From the NCBI GenBank assembly GCA_012522415.1, contig JAAYKM010000051.1, positions 9,371 through 73,370 of the forward strand: a stretch of DNA of 64,000 nt, written 5' to 3'. The notes below the pieces were generated by a model. It was not told the origin of the DNA. It worked only from the letters and a program-made list of their open reading frames with translations, and did not search any database. The position numbers and the translations under genes were made by a program. This document shows, piece by piece, positions 1 to 9,600 of this stretch. The stretch comes from Deltaproteobacteria bacterium (GTDB taxonomy: Bacteria > Desulfobacterota > Syntrophia > Syntrophales > JAAYKM01). The number at the start of each line of letters is the position of its first letter. Positions within the stretch are counted from its first letter, which is position 1.

Positions 1-407
1 TCTGAGCCTTCTTCACGCCGGAAAGCATTTCGGCACCGGAAGAAGCAGGTCTTTTTTTTCTCCTTTTGGACTTCCGTCACCTCCAGATCTAAATCATTTT
101 CGTAATTTTCAACCAGATTCCAGGTGTAACTACCCAAACGGTTTTCAACATTCCGGATGAACCCCTCCGGCCCGAAGAGCCGGAGGGTCCGGTCTCGTCC
201 CAGACACACCCGAAGCAGATGATCAAAGCCGATGAAATGGTCCATATGGGTATGGGAAATAAAGATATGGCTGATCTTGAGCAGGTTACGGGGCGCCAGG
301 CCGCGCAGGTCGCCCAAATCGAACAGCAGGGCTTCCCTCCGGTATCTGAGTTCCACAAAAACCCCGGGATCCTCAAAGGGATCATTGATCAGTCGGACAT
401 CGAACAT
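1..407 (-). CDS. MBL-fold metallo-hydrolase (RNase Z-like), N-terminal part; 3' end runs off the window
   Basis: My own translation of the minus strand from the ATG at 407 gives MFDVRLINDPFEDPGVFVELRYRREALLFDLGDL...ISHTHMDHFIGFDHLLRVCLGRDRTLRLFGPEGFIRNVENRLGSYTWNLV. It carries the HxHxDH zinc motif (HTHMDH). It is absent from the ORF track because it is open at the window edge. Confidence 0.7.
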   Translation of the reverse strand, partial: MFDVRLINDPFEDPGVFVELRYRREALLFDLGDLRGLAPRNLLKISHIFISHTHMDHFIGFDHLLRVCLGRDRTLRLFGPEGFIRNVENRLGSYTWNLVENYENDLDLEVTEVQKEKKKTCFFRCRNAFRREEGS

Positions 408-574
408 AAAACAGTCCCCCCCAGTTGATGAAAATACCAGACATTTTTATTTTGCGCCACAGTCATGGAGCCACCGCCATCTCCCCCGTATGAAAAAGAT
501 GACCTAACTTGATCTTGACTTTCTTCCGGCCATACAGGAAAAGGAATCGATAGTCAAAAGAGGGAGACCGATAC

Positions 575-988
575 TTGGTCGTATCAGTGGAAAAAAGACA
601 GGCTCTTTCGGAGCGTATGGAAAAACTCGGGATCCAGGAAGAGGATCTCCAGGAGACGTTCGTCCGCTCTTCCGGCCCCGGCGGGCAGAAGGTCAACAAG
701 ACCGCAACCTGCGTCCAGTTGGTCCACATCCCGACCGGGCTGGCCGTCAAATGTCAGCAGGAGCGTTCCCAGGCCCTGAACCGTTTTCTTGCCCGACGGC
801 TCCTTCTGGACCGCATCGAACGGCTCAAAGAAGGATTTCTCAGGTCGGAAAAGGCAAAGATCGAAAAGATTCGCCGGCAAAAACGGAAACGCTCAAAGCG
901 GGCCAAAGAGAAGATGCTGGAGGAAAAACGACAGACTTCGGAAAAGAAGATGTTAAGGGGCAGACCACAGGTGGATGATTTGGAATAA
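575..988 (+). CDS. arfB: RF-1 domain peptidyl-tRNA hydrolase (ArfB/YaeJ-like ribosome rescue factor)
   Basis: 137 aa with a GGQ motif (SSGPGGQKVNKTAT) followed by a Lys/Arg-rich C-terminal tail (KIRRQKRKRSKRAKEK). The start is TTG. Confidence 0.7.
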   Translation: MVVSVEKRQALSERMEKLGIQEEDLQETFVRSSGPGGQKVNKTATCVQLVHIPTGLAVKCQQERSQALNRFLARRLLLDRIERLKEGFLRSEKAKIEKIRRQKRKRSKRAKEKMLEEKRQTSEKKMLRGRPQVDDLE

Positions 989-1029
989 AAAAGGGGGAAG
1001 AAAGACTCTGTTTATCGCTTCCTTCCCCC
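986..1029. terminator. Hairpin between the convergent arfB-like and atpE genes; the T-run on the minus strand fits an atpE terminator
   Basis: gggggaagaaag (993-1004) pairs with cttccttccccc (1018-1029) with one mismatch. An A-run at 986-992 becomes the U-tract on the minus strand. Confidence 0.6.
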
Positions 1030-1050
1030 TTCAATGATAACGGATCGCTA

Positions 1051-1413
1051 TTACCCGAGCAACTTGATGATCGGATTCGCGTAAAGAATAACCAGAGAGA
1101 TAACCAGCGCGTAAATTGCGATGGACTCAGTCATGGCCAAACCTACCATCATGGTCAGCATGATCTTGCCCTGAGCTTCTGGGTTTCTGCCCACTGCAAC
1201 ACTGCCGCCACTGGTGGCCTGTCCCATGCCCTGTCCGGCACCGATTGCACCCAAACCCATCGCCAAACCCGCCGCGATGAGGCTACACCCCAGTACGATC
1301 GCCTTCGTATAGTCGACCACCGCACCCGGAGCCGCCTCTGCCGCCAAAGCCATGGTTGCCGATGCCAGAAAAGCCACTGCCGTCCAGATACTGTACCTAA
1401 ATACTTTTTTCAT
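1051..1413 (-). CDS. atpE: F0F1 ATP synthase subunit c with an N-terminal signal-peptide-like extension
   Basis: 120 aa. The c-subunit hairpin is GLGAIGAGQGMGQATSG...GRNPEAQGKIMLTMMVGLAMTESIAIYALVISLVILYANP with the carboxylate Glu. The first ~28 aa (MKKVFRYSIWTAVAFLASATMALAAEAA) look like a cleavable presequence. Confidence 0.9.
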   Translation of the reverse strand: MKKVFRYSIWTAVAFLASATMALAAEAAPGAVVDYTKAIVLGCSLIAAGLAMGLGAIGAGQGMGQATSGGSVAVGRNPEAQGKIMLTMMVGLAMTESIAIYALVISLVILYANPIIKLLG

Positions 1414-1729
1414 TTTTTCCTCCTGTCTGACTTTTTTTATTTACCGAATAAAACCCGAACAAAAACTTTCTTCACCCCCTTTCCTTTCGATATTCTGGAT
1501 AGCCACTATCAACCAACATCGAAAGCTACCCACCTATTTAGCACTTTTTAGCGAAGAGCATGGAGAATGTCAAGGGATATTCCCGATGGGGAAAGGGGGA
1601 ACCGGAGGGGATATGTCAAAGCGACCAAACGGTCGTGACATTCATGAGAGGCGGCATCATGAAACGACTTGATTTTGTCATGCCTCCATAATAAGCAATG
1701 TTTACAATCTGAAACGGCAGGGCCTTGAC

Positions 1730-2194
1730 GTGAATTTGACCGATAGAGAAAAAAAAATTATCCGTTTCCTCCAGAAGGACCTGCCCCTGGTGCCACGCCC
1801 TTTCGCGGCATTGGAGAAAACCGAAGGCATCCCGGAAGACGAGGTCTTGTCAACGCTTACGCACTGGCTAAGGGAAGGGGTGATTCGCAAACTGGCCGCC
1901 CTGATCCGCCACCGGGAAGCCGGCTTTACCCGTAATGCGATGGTTGCCTGGGCCGTTCCGGCGGAGCACTGTAACGAGACAGGAACCCGCTTGGCCGCGT
2001 ATCGGGAAGTCACACATTGCTACCAGCGAGAGCCCGCATTCCAGGGTAAATACAATCTCTTCACCATGATTCACCTGAAAGAAGGTTCCATGGACACGCT
2101 GCTGAACGACATGTCGACGGCGGTGTCCATTTCGGACTATGTTGTTCTGGAAAGTCTGGCGGAGTTAAAAAAAACCAGCATGGAGTATTTTTGA
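1730..2194 (+). CDS. AsnC/Lrp-fold siroheme decarboxylase-like protein (AhbA/AhbB/NirD-L-G-H family)
   Basis: 154 aa with LTDREKKIIRFLQKDLPLVPRPFAALE...GVIRKLAALIRHREAGFTRNAMVAWAVP...THCYQRE...YNLFTMIH. This matches the NirDL/Ahb pattern as I recall it. It lies immediately upstream of hemL. Confidence 0.65.
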   Translation: MNLTDREKKIIRFLQKDLPLVPRPFAALEKTEGIPEDEVLSTLTHWLREGVIRKLAALIRHREAGFTRNAMVAWAVPAEHCNETGTRLAAYREVTHCYQREPAFQGKYNLFTMIHLKEGSMDTLLNDMSTAVSISDYVVLESLAELKKTSMEYF

Positions 2195-2195
2195 C

Positions 2196-3479
2196 ATGAC
2201 GAATTTGTCCGAACGCCTGGCTCAGGAAGCCGGAGAAGTGATTGCCGGGGGGGTCAACAGCCCCGTTCGGGCCTTCAAAGCCGTTCGAACCCGGCCGCGT
2301 TTTATCCATCATGCGGTGGGATCGAGGATCCATGATGTCGATGGCAATGAATATATCGACTATGTCCTGTCCTGGGGACCCATGATCCTCGGGCACGCCC
2401 ATCCCCGGGTGGTCGAGGCCATTCGGGCGGCCGCCGGGCAAGGCACCAGTTACGGCGCCCCGACGGAAGCGGAAACGACCATGGGCGTCCTGATCAAAAA
2501 AGCCTTTCCCACCGTCGAGCGGATCAGAATGGTCAGTTCCGGAACGGAAGCCACCATGAGTGCCATTCGTCTGGCAAGGGGATTCACGGGAAGGGACAAG
2601 ATCGTTAAATTTGACGGATGCTACCACGGTCATGCCGATTCTCTTCTTGTCCAGGCCGGCTCGGGGTTACTCACCCTCGGCATCCCGGGAAGTCCCGGCG
2701 TACCGTCGTCTCTGGCCGCCTTGACCCTGTCTCTTCCCTTCAACAATCGGGAAACCTTCACGGGAGCGATTGAAAGATACGGTCAGGATATCGCCTGCGT
2801 CATCGTAGAGCCCGTTCCGGGCAACATGGGCGTTGTCCTTCCCGAACCGGGTTTTCTGGAATACGTGAGAAATCTGACAAAGCAACACGGGATTGTCCTC
2901 ATCTTCGATGAAGTCATTACGGGCTTCCGCCTGACTTACGGCGGTTTTCAGACTCTAAAGGGGCTTCAACCGGACCTGACCTGCCTGGGTAAAATCATAG
3001 GCGGGGGGCTTCCGGTCGGCGTCTTCGGGGGCAAAAAGGAAATCATGGATTGCCTGGCCCCTGTCGGCCCGGTTTACCAGGCCGGCACCCTCTCGGGCAA
3101 CCCCCTGGCCATGGCGGCGGGATGCGCCACCCTGACCATCCTCAAAGAAATGAGGGAGGAATATGATGCGTTGAACAACCGAACAGGCCATCTATGCGCT
3201 GAGATCCGGCACCTTTTCAAAACAAAAGGCCTTCCCATCACGATTAACCAGACCGGATCCATGTTTACCCTCTTTTTTACCGATGACCCCGTGACGGATC
3301 TGGCGTCAGCCCAACACGCCGACGGAGCCTTTTTTGTTACTTTTTTTGAAGAAATGATGAAACGGGGTATTTATCTCGCCCCTTCACCCTTTGAAGCTTC
3401 CTTTCTCTCTTTTGCTCACACAAGGGCGGATATTGAAAAAACCCTTGAAATCATCAATGACGTGTTGAGGAATCTATGA
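2196..3479 (+). CDS. hemL: Glutamate-1-semialdehyde 2,1-aminomutase
   Basis: 427 aa with [21 protein letters not shown], and the PLP lysine in [13 protein letters not shown]. Confidence 0.95.
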   Translation: MTNLSERLAQEAGEVIAGGVNSPVRAFKAVRTRPRFIHHAVGSRIHDVDGNEYIDYVLSWGPMILGHAHPRVVEAIRAAAGQGTSYGAPTEAETTMGVLIKKAFPTVERIRMVSSGTEATMSAIRLARGFTGRDKIVKFDGCYHGHADSLLVQAGSGLLTLGIPGSPGVPSSLAALTLSLPFNNRETFTGAIERYGQDIACVIVEPVPGNMGVVLPEPGFLEYVRNLTKQHGIVLIFDEVITGFRLTYGGFQTLKGLQPDLTCLGKIIGGGLPVGVFGGKKEIMDCLAPVGPVYQAGTLSGNPLAMAAGCATLTILKEMREEYDALNNRTGHLCAEIRHLFKTKGLPITINQTGSMFTLFFTDDPVTDLASAQHADGAFFVTFFEEMMKRGIYLAPSPFEASFLSFAHTRADIEKTLEIINDVLRNL

Positions 3480-4423
3480 CTCCACCAATCCGGAACAAGC
3501 GCATCACGATTACAGGCGGCAAGGGTTTTCTCGGCCGCCACCTGCTGACCCAGCTCCGGCAGCAAAACTGCGAACAACTGGCCATTGCGGATTTACCGGA
3601 GTATAATCTGGTCGATCGTCACGACATTGCCAGAATGTACGATGACACAAGACCGGACATCGTCATCCATCTGGCGGCCAAAGTCGGTGGGATCGGCTTC
3701 AACCAGAAAAATCCGGCAACCCTTTTCTATGAAAACCTGATGATGGGCACCCAGCTTCTCCACGAGGGATGGGTGAGGGGAATCGATAAATTCGTCGCCA
3801 TCGGGACGATCTGCGCTTACCCCAAGTTCACGCCCGTCCCTTTCCGAGAAAAGGACCTCTGGGTTGGTTATCCGGAAGAGACAAACGCTCCCTACGGCTT
3901 GGCCAAAAAAATGATGCTGGTACAGTCCCAGGCCTACCGGGCGCAGTACGGCTTTAATTCGATTTTTTTGCTTCCGGCAAATCTTTATGGCCCGGGAGAT
4001 AATTTCGATCCCCGTTCATCTCATGTGATTCCCGCCCTGGTAGATAAATGCGTCCGGGCTGTTCGGGAGGGTCAGGATGAGATCACGGTTTGGGGAACCG
4101 GGCGGGCCACCCGGGAATTCCTCTTCGTCAAAGATGCCGCCCGGGCCATCGCAACCGCCACCGTGCATTATGACAAAAGCGAGCCCGTCAACATCGGAAC
4201 CAACTGCGAGATTTCCATCGCCGATCTCGTCGCGTTGATTGTGGAGTTGACAGGTTTCCAGGGACGCGTTCTCTGGGATCAGAACAAACCGGACGGACAG
4301 CCCCGCCGGGCCGTCGACCCGGGACGGGCCTTCCGCGAATTCTCTTTTTCAGCCGAGACACCTCTGCGGGAGGGACTTCAAGAAACGATCGACTGGTATG
4401 TGGCGAATTTGGGGGCTCCTTGA
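3476..4423 (+). CDS. fcl: GDP-L-fucose synthase (GDP-4-keto-6-deoxymannose epimerase/reductase)
   Basis: 315 aa, extended SDR family: [33 protein letters not shown] (YxxxK), [28 protein letters not shown]. It overlaps the hemL stop by ATGA. Confidence 0.8.
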   Translation: MTPPIRNKRITITGGKGFLGRHLLTQLRQQNCEQLAIADLPEYNLVDRHDIARMYDDTRPDIVIHLAAKVGGIGFNQKNPATLFYENLMMGTQLLHEGWVRGIDKFVAIGTICAYPKFTPVPFREKDLWVGYPEETNAPYGLAKKMMLVQSQAYRAQYGFNSIFLLPANLYGPGDNFDPRSSHVIPALVDKCVRAVREGQDEITVWGTGRATREFLFVKDAARAIATATVHYDKSEPVNIGTNCEISIADLVALIVELTGFQGRVLWDQNKPDGQPRRAVDPGRAFREFSFSAETPLREGLQETIDWYVANLGAP

Positions 4424-4482
4424 GTCCGGTGCGGTCATGGTCATACCAAAGGTAACCCCATGTGTCCGGTGAGGAATTTTGT

Positions 4483-4511
4483 TTGACTTGACCTTGTTTT
4501 CATGTTATTAG
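4483..4511 (+). promoter_or_regulatory. Candidate sigma70 promoter for atpZ-atpI-atpB
   Basis: TTGACT (4483-4488), 17-nt spacer, TATTAG (4506-4511). The annotated ATG at 4522 would then be nearly leaderless, and no SD precedes it. Confidence 0.35.
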
Positions 4512-4521
4512 CCCCACGCTG

Positions 4522-4803
4522 ATGGATAAGGAGACAAAGAAATCTCTCATGCAGATGACCTACGCAAGTACCGTGGGCATCTTCATGGCTATCGTGATCT
4601 TTGGCGGCGTTTATTTAGGCAGCTACCTGGATCGCAAGTTTGGAACCGCCCCTTATTTCACCATTCTTTTGCTTATCCTGGGTGTGTTTGTCGGATTTCG
4701 CAATGTCTATCTTTTAATTAAAAAAATTAAGGATGATACACCCTTCATAAAGGGTATAAAAAGTGAACCCCATAGAAAAAGACCCCCTCCAGCGAAAAAT
4801 TGA
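4522..4803 (+). CDS. AtpZ/AtpI-family small membrane protein (ATP synthase protein I2)
   Basis: 93 aa with two TM helices: YASTVGIFMAIVIFGGVYLGSYLDRKFGTAPYFTILLLILGVFVGFRNVY. It sits at the head of the F0 genes. Confidence 0.7.
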   Translation: MDKETKKSLMQMTYASTVGIFMAIVIFGGVYLGSYLDRKFGTAPYFTILLLILGVFVGFRNVYLLIKKIKDDTPFIKGIKSEPHRKRPPPAKN

Positions 4804-5158
4804 GATCTTCAACTGGATCCTGTTGGGGATGTTTCTCCTTATCAGTCTTCTTTTCCTGTCTCCTCGTTTCGCTCTGGGCGTCTTTCTGGGTGGTCTGATC
4901 AGTATCATCAATTTCTACTGGCTTTACAAAAACATGAAGGATGTTTTCGCACGGCTCAGCGGTTCGGCCAAGTCGGCGATGATGTTCAAATACTTTATTC
5001 GGCTGGCCCTGACGGCCGTGGTTCTTTTTTTCATTGTGACAAGCAATAAAGTGGACATTTTAGGGCTTCTGGTCGGCCTTTCCGTGGTGGTCATCAACCT
5101 GGTGCTGACGGCGATCATGACCCTGTCAAAAAAAAACTGTCTGGAGGAGGTTAAATAA
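4763..5158 (+). CDS. atpI: ATP synthase subunit I-like membrane protein
   Basis: 131 aa with about 4 hydrophobic helices, located directly upstream of atpB. The start is uncertain; the GTG at 4763 overlaps atpZ by 41 nt. Confidence 0.6.
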   Translation: MNPIEKDPLQRKIEIFNWILLGMFLLISLLFLSPRFALGVFLGGLISIINFYWLYKNMKDVFARLSGSAKSAMMFKYFIRLALTAVVLFFIVTSNKVDILGLLVGLSVVVINLVLTAIMTLSKKNCLEEVK

Positions 5159-5161
5159 ACA

Positions 5162-5824
5162 ATGCATCCCCTGTCTTTTCTGGAACTTGCATTCCCCGGT
5201 ATGCCCACCCATGTGACCTACACATGGTTGATCATGATCGGACTGGTGATTCTGTCCTTCCTTGCAACCCGGCGCCTGAACATCAATCCGGGCGGCGTTC
5301 AGAACGTCATGGAAGTGATTATCGACGCCATGTACAAACTGCTGCTCGACACCATGGGCGAGCACGGCAAGAAGTTCTTCCCCTTGATCGCGACGATCGG
5401 TCTTTTTATTTTGACCTCGAATCTCCTGGGTCTTATTCCGGGCTTCGAATCACCCACGGGCAATCTGAACACCAACCTCTGCATGGCCCTGGTCGTCTTT
5501 TTCCTGACGCATATCGTAGGCGTCAAGATCCATGGCTGGAAATATCTGAAACAGTTTGTCGGCCCCAGTCCCTGGCTTGCGCCTCTGATTCTCCCCATCG
5601 AACTCGTCGGGCATCTGGCCCGTCCCGTTTCCCTGACCTTCCGTCTGTTCGGAAACATCGAGGGGGGACACATCGTTCTGGCCGTTCTGATCATCCTGGT
5701 GCCCCTGCTGATCCCCCTGCCGATCTTGGTTCTGAAGCTCCTGATCTGCTTCATCCAAACCTTGGTTTTCATGCTCCTGTCCATGATGTACATTGCAGGG
5801 GCAATGGAAGAAGCCCATTCCTGA
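5162..5824 (+). CDS. atpB: F0F1 ATP synthase subunit a
   Basis: 220 aa with the conserved Arg in [20 protein letters not shown] and multiple TM helices. Confidence 0.95.
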   Translation: MHPLSFLELAFPGMPTHVTYTWLIMIGLVILSFLATRRLNINPGGVQNVMEVIIDAMYKLLLDTMGEHGKKFFPLIATIGLFILTSNLLGLIPGFESPTGNLNTNLCMALVVFFLTHIVGVKIHGWKYLKQFVGPSPWLAPLILPIELVGHLARPVSLTFRLFGNIEGGHIVLAVLIILVPLLIPLPILVLKLLICFIQTLVFMLLSMMYIAGAMEEAHS

Positions 5825-5842
5825 CCCTTTATCGACTTACCG

Positions 5843-5873
5843 GAGACCGGTCATCACGACCGGTCTCTTTTTT
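5843..5873 (+). terminator. Rho-independent terminator directly after atpB
   Basis: Perfect 10-bp stem gagaccggtc / gaccggtctc with loop atcac, followed by TTTTTT (5868-5873). Confidence 0.85.
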
Positions 5874-5891
5874 GTACGGATGGAAAAGAAC

Positions 5892-5926
5892 AGAATTTAT
5901 ACCCGGATATCCAATAGAATTTATAC
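5892..5926. repeat. Two direct copies of agaatttatac, 24 bp apart, in the AT-rich spacer
   Basis: agaatttatac occurs at 5892-5902 and again at 5916-5926. Function is unknown. Confidence 0.5.
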
Positions 5927-6348
5927 GCCTGTATACGGGGTCATTTCGACCGCAGGGAGAAACCTTGCTTCTCTCTGAATCCGTTTATCCCGGTCGGGAG
6001 GAGATGACTTCTCCTTGATATTCTTAACCCAATCCGTCAATCTGATTCATAATTTCTTGTTGGCAACCTTCTCGGAGCCTCTTACTCTATATCCCGCCTG
6101 CATAGGGGGCATTTCTACTTACCGCAATGAAATTAAGCGGATACGTATCGTTCCATGGATATGCTTGAAGCCGACATATTATACGGATCCCCATAATACA
6201 CCACAACAAATGAACACCATGGTATAAGTTATTGAATATATGGCTTTATACAATGGTTTAGCCGCAATATTTGAAGGCGTGTTATGCGGATCGGTCACGT
6301 CAAGTAATGCTTGCAATTTCGGGTAACGAGTCCATCTACATCTTCCGA

Positions 6349-6556
6349 TTACGCTGCCTTTCGTAGTGCTGCCCGTTGCTCTTCTATGAGCGACGGTTTC
6401 ACATAACATCTTTCTGTCGACCAGTCCTCGCCATATTCAATCAGGTAGGCGCTGACAAGGCGAAGATAACTATCCATGCCGGGGAAGATGCCCGCAACCC
6501 GGGACCGTCGCCGAATCTCCCGATGGAGGCGTTCGATGATGTTGACGGAGTGAAAC
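6349..6556 (-). pseudogene. C-terminal remnant of an IS256-family (mutator-type) transposase
   Basis: NIIERLHREIRRRSRVAGIFPGMDSYLRLVSAYLIEYGEDWSTERCYV matches the conserved C-terminal block of IS256 transposases (xERLNxEIRRRTxVVGIFPN...LRLV). The ~300 N-terminal aa, including the DDE core, are missing. The N-terminus of the track ORF is read through the neighbouring terminator hairpin. Confidence 0.7.
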
Positions 6557-6557
6557 A

Positions 6558-6598
6558 AGAAAGCCCCCCGGTAGTTTATTACGACCGGGGGGCTTTCT
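6558..6598 (-). terminator. Strong hairpin downstream of the 1149-aa gene
   Basis: Perfect 15-bp stem agaaagccccccggt (6558-6572) / accggggggctttct (6584-6598) with an 11-nt loop. On the minus strand it is followed by the T-rich cttgtttc. It starts 22 nt after the stop codon. Confidence 0.7.
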
Positions 6599-6619
6599 AA
6601 TTCAGATATTAAACCCTTC

Positions 6620-9600
6620 TTACAATTCAAGTTGCTCGAATTCCCAGTTCACCTGGGCACTCAGATAATCGGCCCCGTTCGTATAACGGATCTCCCCATC
6701 CGCAAGGGGGGCGGGACGAACCACACCCTGTTTGGCCGTCCTCAGACTGATGAAACGGGCACGAAGCGCCATTCTCAGTTTTTCCGTCTTACCGACTTCG
6801 GGAATCCTGTCGAATATGGTTGGATAATCCGCCTTCAGAACCTGGGCAAAGCGGTTCAGGCGACGTTCACCGGACAAAAATGTCCCGGCCCTTTCCCCGG
6901 AAACCTTTAGGGGGAGTATCAGGTCCGCTTTTTCCACGGTCGGCGTCAGGAACGCGTCAGCCACCACGATGAAATCCGCTTTACCGACAACTTCATCTGC
7001 AACTTTCCCGCTCACCGCACAGCCGACGGGATCCTCTCCCAGGATGAACAAGCCTCTTCGGGCCGCTATATCCTCGGCAAAGCCCATTTCCAGAAGACCC
7101 TGGGCGTTTGGCGTCAAAGGCAGGCCGAGAACCGGACAACCCTTTAACACCGCAAGATTCGCCGCCCACCGTGCCGTGTTGCCCCCAGCCCTGCCGGAAA
7201 TGACGATAACAGGATTTTGTGCCCCGTTCAGGGCCGACAGCAGATCGTCATCCTCTTCGCAGGCGGCCACCTTGAGTCCTTTGAACAGCCCCTTCGTCTC
7301 CGCAGTCTTGACGGATTTCGCAACCGTTTTACAGACACCGGCCAGTGTCGCCGCGGGCGAATGGCTGACGTCGAAGATGTCGAAAGCATGATGCAGCGTC
7401 CTCGGGGCTTCCATCCCCAGACCATACAGGGTAGCGCCGTTCTTTTTCGCGCCGCGGATTTTGACACCGAGAACCGTCATCATGTCTTCATCGTCGAAAC
7501 CAACCGCAAGAACCATGTCGGCCGCATCCACCACATTATAACTCCAGGGTGAGCCGACCGTGCCAAACGTTTCGTTGATCGCCTCACCAACCTTGAGGGA
7601 GTCGGAGGAGAAAGAGGATTTCAACCCTTCCGGCATGTTTTTATCAACGAAGACATCGAGCTGAGCCAACTCCTCCAAGGTCAGCCGACCTCCCGCATAT
7701 ATCCCCCAGTCTTTACCCGGTATGCGGCCCACACTACCCACAAGAATTTTGTGTGCTTCCGTCCAGGAGATGGGTTTCAGGATATCCCCGTCCCGTTTCA
7801 TCGGTTCCGTAATCCGGGGCAGGTTGTTTATATAGCGGGTACCGTAACGCCCGTACCTGCACAGGAGACCGTTATTCGGATCGCGTTCCGGTGCCTTCAC
7901 AGAGACAAGGCGGCCGTTCACCGTGGCCAGATTGAGATGACAACCGAATCCCCCGAAGGTGCAGACACCCGGCATCTCGATCGCATCCTCCGGGACCGTC
8001 TTGGTACCGGGGAACCTTTCATCGAGCGATCCCGTGGGGCAGTTCTGTACACAGGTACCGCAAGACTCGCAGTCCGTCTCCTGCAAGGCGACCCCGAACG
8101 AAGGCTGAACCGTCGTCACGTAACCGCGGTCGACGAAACCCCAGGCTCCAACATGCCTCAGTTCATCGCAAGCCCGTACACAGGCACCGCACAGGATGCA
8201 TTTGTTCTGATCTTTCATAATGAAAGGATGCCTCAAGTCCGGTTCGAATCGAATTTCTCCTTTCGTTTTCAGCGCTGTCGGTTCCGCGTCGACGACCTTG
8301 CCGATCTGCCGCAGTTCGCAGTCATACTGGGAGAAACACCCGCATTCCAGGCATCGACCGGCTTCCCGGCGCAATTCCCCTTCAGCAAAACCCAGCTCGC
8401 ATTCCTTGAAATCCTTGATACGCTCTTTGGGATCAACCATGGGCATCTCGGCACGCGGTTCAGCAGGATAACGGTTCTTCCACTCCTCTTCGAGCGGTCT
8501 GAGATCTCCCAAGGATTTTCCGCGCTGAACCGAGTAGACGCCGGGAATGGGCGTCAAATCCCGTCCTTTCAAAAAACGGTTGATCTGGGTGGCCGCATTG
8601 CGCCCGTCGGCGATACTCTCGACCACCGTGCAGGGGCCCCTCATGGCATCACCGCCGGCGAACACCTCCGGAATATCCGTCTGGAAAGTGTCCTCATTGA
8701 CCACAAAGGTCGACCATCTGGTCGTCCGGACCTCGCAATCGGCGCCGATACAGGCGACATCCGGTTCCTGGCCGATCGCCATGATGATCGTATCCGCCTG
8801 GAGCATGAATTCCGACCCCTCGATGACGACCGGGCTGCGCCGGCCCGATGCATCGGGTTCACCCAGTTCCATGCGAACGGATTCAATGGATTCCATTCTC
8901 TTCTTCCCGTGAATCCTAACCGGATTGGTGAGAAAGTGAAAGCGCACGCCTTCCTCTTCCGCATCGTGCACTTCAATGGGATCGGCCGGCATTTCCGCAC
9001 GGCTTCTCCGATAAACGATATAGCAGTTTTTCGCACCCAGACGCAGAGACGTCCGAACGGCATCGATAGCCGTATTTCCACCGCCCACGACCACCACCGT
9101 TTCGCCTAGGTCAAATTGCTTGCCGAGTTTCACATCCCGCAGAAAGTCGATCCCCTGATAGACCCCTTCGAGTTCCTCGCCGGGAATTCCCATGGACTTG
9201 CTTACATGGGCGCCGACGGCCAGGAAGACCGCATCAAAGGATCGCCGCAGACCATCGATTGTCACATCCTTGCCCAATTCCGTGTTGTAGATGAATTCCA
9301 CGCCCAGAGACTCGATTTCCGCGATTTCCGCATCCAGCTCATTTTGGGGCAGGCGGTAATCGGGGATGCCGTACCGGGTCATGCCGCCCGCTTTCGGCAG
9401 TTTTTCGATGATCATGCACTGATGTCCCTGCTGGGCCAGGTAATAGGCACAGGACATCCCGGCCGGCCCGGCGCCGACGATGGCCACGGTCTTACCGCTT
9501 GACGGAGCGACCGGTGGGTTGTAGCGGGTACCCCTTTCGAAATTCCTGTCCGAGATGAATCGCTTGATGGACTTGATCGAAACCGTTTCATCCACCAGAT

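Noticed and set aside
1051-1413. A possible Na+-binding signature in the c subunit (Glu-Ser pair in MTESIAIY plus Tyr).
   Set aside because: When helix 1 is aligned on the RNPEA loop to the Ilyobacter-type Na+ c subunit (from memory), the required Gln falls on a Met. The motif is therefore incomplete, and ion specificity cannot be called from sequence alone.
5224-6018. A 264-aa alternative-frame ORF over atpB, together with minus-strand ORFs 5299-5793 and 5450-5818.
   Set aside because: The atpB frame carries the conserved subunit-a Arg motif and TM helices. The alternatives are Arg/Pro/Gly-rich artefacts.
2275-8260. tRNA-like GTTCGAA(T/C)C strings (for example near 2283 and 8243), and a general search for tRNA, rRNA, tmRNA, RNase P, SRP RNA or CRISPR repeats.
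   Set aside because: The strings lie inside well-supported CDSs without acceptor or anticodon stem context. I saw no tandem repeat-spacer periodicity or conserved RNA-gene signature anywhere in the window. This was an eye scan only; tRNAscan, cmscan or minCED would settle it.
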